Position numbers and translations under genes: made by a program. DNA of 64,000 nt from a bacterium (GTDB taxonomy: Bacteria; Electryoneota; Electryoneia; Electryoneales; Electryoneaceae). The notes beneath the pieces are model-generated. The model saw only the letters and a list, made by a program, of their open reading frames with translations, searched no databases and had not been told where the DNA came from. The stretch lies in assembly GCA_963669175.1 (NCBI GenBank), contig OY769902.1, positions 4,832,001 through 4,896,000 of the forward strand. The letters run 5' to 3'. Below are positions 57,423-64,000 of the stretch, piece by piece (position 1 is the first letter of the stretch; each line of letters begins with the position of its first letter).

Positions 57423-59720
57423 TTACACTTCATTACGAACCTGTTTGGCAGCGGCGACCATGTTTTCAAGCGATGGGCGTGTTTCTTCCCAGCCACGAGT
57501 TTTCAGGCCGCAATCCGGATTCACCCACAGCCGTTCCACGGGAACATGCTTCAGAGCCACCTTGAGCAATCCCGCTATCTCATCCTGTGAAGGGACACGC
57601 GGCGAATGAATATCGTATACACCCGGACCGATATCGTTGGGATAAACGAAGTCTGACTGGTCGAAAACATCCAGCAGTTCCATCCGACTCCGGCTGGCTT
57701 CGATGCTGATCACATCCGCATCCATTGCCGCAATCGCTTCCATCATGTCATTAAACTCACTGTAGCACATGTGGGTGTGAATCTGGGTTTCGTCCTGCAC
57801 ACCACTGGCCGCAATGCGGAAACAGCGAATCGCCCACTCGAAATAGGCATTCCAATCCTGCTTCCGAAGAGGCAGTCCTTCACGAATTGCCGGCTCATCA
57901 ATCTGGATAACATCAATACCGGCCCTCTCCAGGTCAACAACCTCGTCACGGATTACCAGCGCCAGTTGTTCGGCCGTGATATGACGCGGTTGGTCATCAC
58001 GTACAAAGCTCCATTGCAGCATGGTTACCGGACCGGTAAGCATCCCCTTCATCGGCTTGTCTGTCTGATCCTTGGCGAATTTGGACCAGCGCACACTCAT
58101 CGGTCCCTTCCGCGCGACATCACCGAAGATGATCGGCGGTTTTACACCACGCGACCCATATGACTGCACCCAGCCATTCTGCGTAAAGATATAGCCGTCA
58201 AGTTGCTGACCGAAGTATTCTACCATATCATTACGTTCAAATTCGCCGTGAACCAGGACATCCAACCCGATCTCTTCCTGGTAGCGAATCGTCTCGATAA
58301 TGGCTTCTTCCAGCTTCTTCTCGTATTCTTCCGTACTGATATTGCCTTTTCGCAAGTCAGAACGCAGACGCCGTATCTCGCGTGTCTGCGGGAAACTACC
58401 AATGGTCGTTGTCGGCAACATCGGAAGACTGAGTTTGGCCTGCTGTTTTTTATGACGATCCGTAAACGGAGTAGAACGTCGCGCCATATCCTCTGTCAAT
58501 GCTTTCAGGCGATTCTGCACGTCCGGTTTGTGTACCAGCGGTGATGCTTCACGCATGGCCAGCGCAGTACGCATTTCGACCAGATCCTGCTGAACATGCA
58601 GGACTTGACCGTTCAGCGTTTCCTTGAGAACATGAACTTCACGCAACTTCTGCTTGCCGAATGCCATCCACTGCTTGACCATGGGGTGTAGCTTTTTCTC
58701 TTCCTTCAGGTCAATCGGACTATGCAGCAGAGAGCAGGAAGGCGCGACCTGCACACGTTCAGCGCCAACAACCTCCGCCGCATGCTTCAGGTGAACCAGG
58801 CTGTTGTCCATGTTGTTGCGCCAGACATTGCGTCCATCTACCAGGCCCAGGCTGAGCACCTGTTCATCCGCCAGATGGTCCAGTACGGTATCCAACTGTT
58901 CTGGCGCACGTACCAGGTCAACATGCAAACCCTCACCAAGCGAAACTGCCAGTTCCACATTATGCGCAATGCTGCCGAAATAGGTGGCAATCATCATCCT
59001 GGGACGGTTGGCGCCATTTTTCAGCTTTGCATAGGCTTTTTCGAAGAGTTGTTTTTCTTCATCATCCAGGTCGTAGACAAGGACGGGCTCATCCATCTGG
59101 ACCCAGTCAACGCCCATCTCTCCAAACTTGTTCAGCACTTCAGCATAAACATCAATCAGGGAATCCAACAATGCAGAGAAATCCACATTCTCCTCGACAG
59201 CTTTCCCAAGCAGAAGGAAAGTCGCAGGGCCGATAAGTACCGGACGTGGGTTCTTCACACCAGCTTCACGTGCTCGAATAACCGCATTGAAAGGATGATT
59301 CGAAGCCAGGCGGAATTGCATATCCCGGGTAAACTCGGGCACGATGTAGTGATAATTGGTGTCAAACCATTTGGTCATCTCCATGGCGATCACATCTGTC
59401 GTCTCATCCTGACGTCCACGCGCCATGGCGAAATAGGTATCAATATCAATTTCGCCGGTTGAAAAATCACCGTAGCGTTCCGGCACAGCGCCAACCAACA
59501 CAGCAGTATCCAACATCAGATCGTAAAAAGCGAAATCGTTGCAGGGGATATAATCGATCCCGGCATCCATCTGGAGTTGCCAATGGCGCATCGTCAATTC
59601 GTTGGCCATCTGAACCAACTCATCCAGTGAAATCTTTTTCTTCCAATAATCCTCACTGGCCTTTTTCCACTCACGCTTTAAGCCAAGCCGTGGGAAGCCA
59701 AGGTTTGCCGACTGTGCCAT
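57423..59720 (-). CDS. metE: Cobalamin-independent methionine synthase
   Basis: [66 protein letters not shown] 59720 follows GAGGAG. Confidence 0.97.
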   Translation of the reverse strand: MAQSANLGFPRLGLKREWKKASEDYWKKKISLDELVQMANELTMRHWQLQMDAGIDYIPCNDFAFYDLMLDTAVLVGAVPERYGDFSTGEIDIDTYFAMARGRQDETTDVIAMEMTKWFDTNYHYIVPEFTRDMQFRLASNHPFNAVIRAREAGVKNPRPVLIGPATFLLLGKAVEENVDFSALLDSLIDVYAEVLNKFGEMGVDWVQMDEPVLVYDLDDEEKQLFEKAYAKLKNGANRPRMMIATYFGSIAHNVELAVSLGEGLHVDLVRAPEQLDTVLDHLADEQVLSLGLVDGRNVWRNNMDNSLVHLKHAAEVVGAERVQVAPSCSLLHSPIDLKEEKKLHPMVKQWMAFGKQKLREVHVLKETLNGQVLHVQQDLVEMRTALAMREASPLVHKPDVQNRLKALTEDMARRSTPFTDRHKKQQAKLSLPMLPTTTIGSFPQTREIRRLRSDLRKGNISTEEYEKKLEEAIIETIRYQEEIGLDVLVHGEFERNDMVEYFGQQLDGYIFTQNGWVQSYGSRGVKPPIIFGDVARKGPMSVRWSKFAKDQTDKPMKGMLTGPVTMLQWSFVRDDQPRHITAEQLALVIRDEVVDLERAGIDVIQIDEPAIREGLPLRKQDWNAYFEWAIRCFRIAASGVQDETQIHTHMCYSEFNDMMEAIAAMDADVISIEASRSRMELLDVFDQSDFVYPNDIGPGVYDIHSPRVPSQDEIAGLLKVALKHVPVERLWVNPDCGLKTRGWEETRPSLENMVAAAKQVRNEV

Positions 59721-59894
59721 GATACACTCCTCTTGCAATCACAAAACGAATTGTTAACGGATGGACCAAACGTAGAACGGAAGATAGAATGTTCTTGCAA
59801 TACACTGCAATTCAAATGTACCTGTCCCCGGCCACATACGAGACGGTACAGGCGTTTTTTCCGTAAAATAGATTTGTTTCACGTGAGCTTTATA

Positions 59895-61511
59895 CTACTT
59901 CTTCTTCCAGAAAAGAAAACCACCTTTCTTGTCAATGGCCTGTGTTTTTGTTTTTATACTGCCTTTGGGATTAGCCGCTTCCTTTGCTTTGTCTTCTTTA
60001 TACACTTTCTTCTGTGCTTCCCACCAACTTCCGACAATGGCCTTGTCATCATCATGTTCAGCAACCGTATCCGACGCCAGGAAGTCAGGTAAAACAGGCT
60101 CTCTTTTCATTGGTTCTTCAGCTTTTGCTTCAGCAGTAACATCTGAATTCAGATCGATTACTGTTACTGTCTCTTCAGGCTCGGTTTCAGCTTCTGGTTC
60201 TTCAATCTCTATTTCTCCATTGGGAGTAACTTCTTCAACGACAGCTTCCGATTCTGGTTCTTCTTCAGACTGTTCTTCTTCCTGCACCACGATTGCTTCT
60301 TCTTCAATTTCTTCGTTCACCGTTTCATCTTCGTCGCCATCTTCCTGCCCGAAAGAAGCTGCATCCTCTACTTCAACACTTCCTTCCACGCTCTCGTCTT
60401 CGGTCTCTTCATCAATTTCCAGCTCTGTTTCTTCGTCTTCTTCTGCCATTCCAATTGCTATTTCTTCATCTTCCTCTATCTCATCCTCTTCAACCTGTTC
60501 AGCGGAATCTGCCGGTTCTTTCACCTCTTCGTCAGCTTCCGGTTCAGTATCAGCAATAGCCGGTTCTTCTTCTGCTTCTTCACTTTCCATTTGCGGTTCA
60601 TCTTCGACAAGTATTCTCTCCGCTTCCTGGATTATATCCGAAGTTTCCTTCTCAGGTTCGTCAACAGCTTCCTGCCATTTCAGATCGTCAGTGTCCTTAG
60701 GATCATCCGCTGCTGTAATTATAACGGCCTCGTCATCGTCCATATCTTCATCCGGCAATTCCAGGACATCATATTCCAGGTGCATTGCCATTTCGCCACG
60801 CTTGCTCATCAGATCAAAGAAGCGTTCCAGGAAACGAATCAGTTCCTTTGGATTTGCGGAATCAACCCCAAGGTCCATTCCCAGTTCTATCGCATGAGCG
60901 CTGTTGATCGCATTCCTTCTTATGAAGATATCGTGAACATCCTGCATGGCAACATGATTATCGTTCTTCTCCAGCAAGTGAATCAGTTCATCAATGGCTG
61001 CTTCAGGAGTATGCAATACCCAGTCATCGTAGGCTTTCTGGAGAAGTTGGAGGGCGTCTTCCCGCGCAAGGTTGCGTTTCGGGTTCAGTTGTATATACTC
61101 AACGATTGTGTGAATCAATTTCAGGAAATCTTCCTGGTCAACCAGATTCTTCAGTTCCTGCCAGTTCAGCGAATCTCTTCTTCGGTACAGGCGCACAACG
61201 GTACGATCAAGTTCTTCGCCTGGAGGCGGCGGCAAGGCATCGGTAAATGTTTCGACAATTCTACGAATGGCATCGGCATCGAGCATCCAGACCCGCGCCA
61301 TATCACTAACAAGCCTGCCAACCGCATCTGCATCACTGCTGTAAATCTCACCTGATTTTGCAAGTGTCAGCGCACGATTGACGGCTTCGTCCTGTGCGTA
61401 ATTTTCAAGCTGAAGCTGGAGTTCGTCAGGAAGATCTGCCCATTCCTGCGGGGCGATGTAACTCTTTGATCCATATTGCAGTAACCAGTCTTCCATCGGT
61501 TTGTAGTGCAT
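59895..61511 (-). CDS. Hypothetical protein with helical N-domain, long acidic low-complexity region and basic/aromatic tail
   Basis: 538-aa ORF with GGAGGGG RBS, a Glu/Asp-rich central-to-C-terminal region and C-terminus KKGGFLFWKKK. Confidence 0.8.
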   Translation of the reverse strand: MHYKPMEDWLLQYGSKSYIAPQEWADLPDELQLQLENYAQDEAVNRALTLAKSGEIYSSDADAVGRLVSDMARVWMLDADAIRRIVETFTDALPPPPGEELDRTVVRLYRRRDSLNWQELKNLVDQEDFLKLIHTIVEYIQLNPKRNLAREDALQLLQKAYDDWVLHTPEAAIDELIHLLEKNDNHVAMQDVHDIFIRRNAINSAHAIELGMDLGVDSANPKELIRFLERFFDLMSKRGEMAMHLEYDVLELPDEDMDDDEAVIITAADDPKDTDDLKWQEAVDEPEKETSDIIQEAERILVEDEPQMESEEAEEEPAIADTEPEADEEVKEPADSAEQVEEDEIEEDEEIAIGMAEEDEETELEIDEETEDESVEGSVEVEDAASFGQEDGDEDETVNEEIEEEAIVVQEEEQSEEEPESEAVVEEVTPNGEIEIEEPEAETEPEETVTVIDLNSDVTAEAKAEEPMKREPVLPDFLASDTVAEHDDDKAIVGSWWEAQKKVYKEDKAKEAANPKGSIKTKTQAIDKKGGFLFWKKK

Positions 61512-61782
61512 GTCCCCTCCAATAACGGTTGGTTGCCCGACATCAGCCTGATGGCGCCAGCGCCGGACAATTCCCCGGTTACCTGGTTTACTTGCGTTAA
61601 GCTATATAGTGAAAGCAGTGTTCGCAAATCAAAACAAGAATAACACGAAATTCACGAAAATAAAAATAACATATCCTCGTGCCGGTTCCAAGGAGTTGAA
61701 TTCACGAGAGAAGACAGATTGCACAAGTGGAGAGAATCAGATATTTTCCTTTATTCATGCTATTGTGCTAACGGAGGCCCAT

Positions 61783-63360
61783 GTGGCATCACATCCAGAA
61801 CTACCTGAGGAATACAAATCATTTCTCAAACCTTCACCAGAAAGCAACACTTTCGATATTATTGATTGGACGCAATGGTTAGATCGAGAAAAGGCAAAGA
61901 TTGGCAAGGTAATGGTCTTTTCCTCGCACGATACCAAGTTTGAATCCCGTATCCTCGGCATCAAGCGCGGTCGCATGGGTGATGACTGGCTGTTTCTCGC
62001 GCCTTTTGAACCGGATCCTCCACGAGATTTCTTTGAAAAAAAACCTGCGATTGTTGTGAAGAATGCTTTTGTTGAGCACGGTTTTGTTGTTGGAACAAGC
62101 TTCCCGGCCAAGCCCAAAGGCAGTGTCACGATTGACAAAGTGGGCGGAGTCCTGGTAGATGACATTTTCAAACCACGCGTTACTCTTAAACCACACCTGA
62201 TGCCGCTACCCTCTGACAATACTTCCATGATCTTTATTGCACTCAATGGCAAACGTGAGTCACTCCGAATTACTGCGCTTGGTATGCGGCATGCCCATGT
62301 TACCGGTTCATTAAAGCAAGCGCTCCCTGCCGAAGGTGTGAAGTTCGAACAGGCAGCCATAAACCTGAAGTATACAACGACAAAGAATTTTAAAGTCAAG
62401 GGTCGGATCAAACAAACAGGCGATGATTCATTTGAAGTGATTTTCACCAAAATCAGCGACAGTGACAGTGATTTTCTGGCCAATTGGGTCGATGAGTTAT
62501 GGATAGAAAAAGTATCACGCATGGAAAACAGGAAAGCAATCGCGAAAAAGCGTGAACGTGATGCGGCAACCGGAGACTATCTGAAGCATCTGCATAAAAC
62601 CCATTTTTTCCTGCTTTCTGACGACACAAAGTGGGCCGAAATGCTGGGAGAAATCGGAATCGTTCGCCACATTGATGAAAAGGACCAGGCGTACATCGTT
62701 GATGAATTAGGCCAGGAACGCTGCGATATGCTTATCGCAGATTTCGACTATTGGGGAGCGCGAACACAAGAGCTGATAGAAAAATTGCAGGCCAATAAAG
62801 AATTCGCCAAGATCCCTACTTTCTGGATTACAGGCAAGAAAAAGACCATGACCGATGAGAAGAACCGTACTTTGTTGGAAAATGGCGTTTATGACATCCT
62901 CGACCGCAGACTTGATCAGCAGAAGTTTCTCCCCTTCCTGAACTGGGCCTTGAAGGAGACAACTTTCGGCGCTACGGGCGATTCCATGGTGATAATAAGC
63001 CCATCGGCACGTCAGCAATATCGCCTGGGGATGAGATTGCGCATGCGTGGTTTCAAGATTATTAAATCAACAACCCGGGAAAACCCTCTCTCCACATTGA
63101 ATACCCATTTGCCAAGATGGATCCTTGTCGATGCGACCAGCATTGGCGATGGTTACGATATGATACTGGAACCCTGCCTGAACTGGGTTCAGAAAGGCAC
63201 GAAGAAGCGTGATGTCTTCCTTCTCACAGCCGGGATCGATCCTGAATCGGCGGTAAGATGGATGTCGCAAGGGTTGTCCGATATTATTGTCTACGATCCG
63301 GTAACATCGCACCCCCTGGACAGGTTGCAGGCCCATATACAAAAAGCGCTCCAGCGTTGA
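61783..63360 (+). CDS. Hypothetical signalling protein: possible YcgR/PilZ-like N-half and two degenerate receiver-like domains
   Basis: GTG 61783 after GGAGG (the track starts at 61609). CDMLIADFD...IPTFWITG and PRWILVDA...VFLLTA...GLSDII resemble REC folds. The domain call is by eye. Confidence 0.55.
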   Translation: MASHPELPEEYKSFLKPSPESNTFDIIDWTQWLDREKAKIGKVMVFSSHDTKFESRILGIKRGRMGDDWLFLAPFEPDPPRDFFEKKPAIVVKNAFVEHGFVVGTSFPAKPKGSVTIDKVGGVLVDDIFKPRVTLKPHLMPLPSDNTSMIFIALNGKRESLRITALGMRHAHVTGSLKQALPAEGVKFEQAAINLKYTTTKNFKVKGRIKQTGDDSFEVIFTKISDSDSDFLANWVDELWIEKVSRMENRKAIAKKRERDAATGDYLKHLHKTHFFLLSDDTKWAEMLGEIGIVRHIDEKDQAYIVDELGQERCDMLIADFDYWGARTQELIEKLQANKEFAKIPTFWITGKKKTMTDEKNRTLLENGVYDILDRRLDQQKFLPFLNWALKETTFGATGDSMVIISPSARQQYRLGMRLRMRGFKIIKSTTRENPLSTLNTHLPRWILVDATSIGDGYDMILEPCLNWVQKGTKKRDVFLLTAGIDPESAVRWMSQGLSDIIVYDPVTSHPLDRLQAHIQKALQR

Positions 63361-63395
63361 TGCTGAAGCGCTCCATAATGACTACTTGGGAAAAA

Positions 63396-63737
63396 CTATA
63401 CTGAAACAACCTGTCCGGTAGCCCAGTTGAGGAAAACTTCCACACCATCTTCCACATTGATGGCGATAATCTCCGGCACATCATAGGGATGCAGTTCAAC
63501 GATACGGTCCCGTAATGCAGGAAAACCGTCTTTCGTTGTCTTGATGATCAGCAACTCTTCACCGTCATCACAGATCTTTCCATCCCATTCATAAACAGAA
63601 CGAACCGGTCCGAATCGATTTACACAGGCTGCCAGTTTCTCTTCAACCAGTGTTCTGGCCAAACGGGCGGAAAACGAATTGTTTCCGTCATCACCATGCG
63701 GTGCTGTAACCATCACAAGCCGAAGGTCTGTTGCCAT
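63396..63737 (-). CDS. cutA: Divalent-cation tolerance protein CutA
   Basis: LVEEKLAACVN, SVYEWDGKI, EELLIIKT, LHPYDVPEII. Confidence 0.93.
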   Translation of the reverse strand: MATDLRLVMVTAPHGDDGNNSFSARLARTLVEEKLAACVNRFGPVRSVYEWDGKICDDGEELLIIKTTKDGFPALRDRIVELHPYDVPEIIAINVEDGVEVFLNWATGQVVSV

Positions 63738-63738
63738 A

Positions 63739-64000
63739 TCAGCGGTCCAGTCTTTTGCGCTGGATTTCGAGTTCCTGCCAACCGTCCTTGGTCATCACCA
63801 TCAAGTGCGTCTTCATGGTGCCGGTCTGAGGAAGCGGTTCCTGGTTGCGTTTCCGGTTCATTGAAGGCAACGACATACTCACCTTGGGAACGACCGGGTT
63901 ACGCTTCGGACGAATCTCTTCCGGCGGCATCATCGGTGGCGCGGTGCGGCGCGGGATCTGCAGATGCGGGCGACGCTTTTCGCGAATCTTACCGTACTTG
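63739..64000 (-). CDS. C-terminal fragment of a basic, Pro-rich hypothetical protein (5' end outside window)
   Basis: The frame is open to the edge (KYGKIREKRRPHLQIPRRTAPPMMPPEEIR...), and the stop lies 1 bp before the cutA start. Confidence 0.55.
   Translation of the reverse strand, partial: KYGKIREKRRPHLQIPRRTAPPMMPPEEIRPKRNPVVPKVSMSLPSMNRKRNQEPLPQTGTMKTHLMVMTKDGWQELEIQRKRLDR

Noticed and set aside
59721-59894. SAM or cobalamin riboswitch upstream of metE
   Set aside because: Only one simple hairpin (about 59821-59852) is visible, with no recognisable aptamer consensus.
59929-60897. 322-aa Ser-rich plus-strand ORF
   Set aside because: Antisense reflection of the Glu-rich (GAA) codons of the acidic protein.

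Overview
Bacterial genomic window. HmuY, an acidic lipoprotein export signal and a Gln at +1 after a signal peptide suggest an FCB-superphylum organism, but this is inference. The dominant feature is absent from the supplied ORF track: one uninterrupted minus-strand reading frame from ATG 29589 off the left edge (at least 9,863 aa, no stop in the window). It encodes a secreted, very acidic giant protein built from about 16 FG-GAP/VCBS beta-propeller blocks alternating with FN3/Ig-like domains, one LamG-like domain and a stalk of 621-bp tandem repeats. It is the last of four co-directional genes; the other three encode a secreted Ig/FN3-like protein, a stand-alone secreted FecR-domain protein and a lipoprotein with a Pro-rich linker and C-terminal beta-barrel, together a candidate dedicated export/display system. 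Divergently lie a frameshifted TetR gene and a LolA-like / three-permease / LolD-like / OM-barrel ABC operon. Then come YjbQ, a TerB-like protein, a tandem-HmuY lipoprotein with a TonB-dependent receptor, a GT4 glycosyltransferase, MoxR, a nitroreductase, a multi-PAS hybrid kinase, metE, an acidic hypothetical, a PilZ/REC-like protein and cutA. Intergenic DNA carries several REP/BIME-like palindromic families and short-period repeat islands, with no transposase in view. Domain boundaries were read by eye and are approximate.
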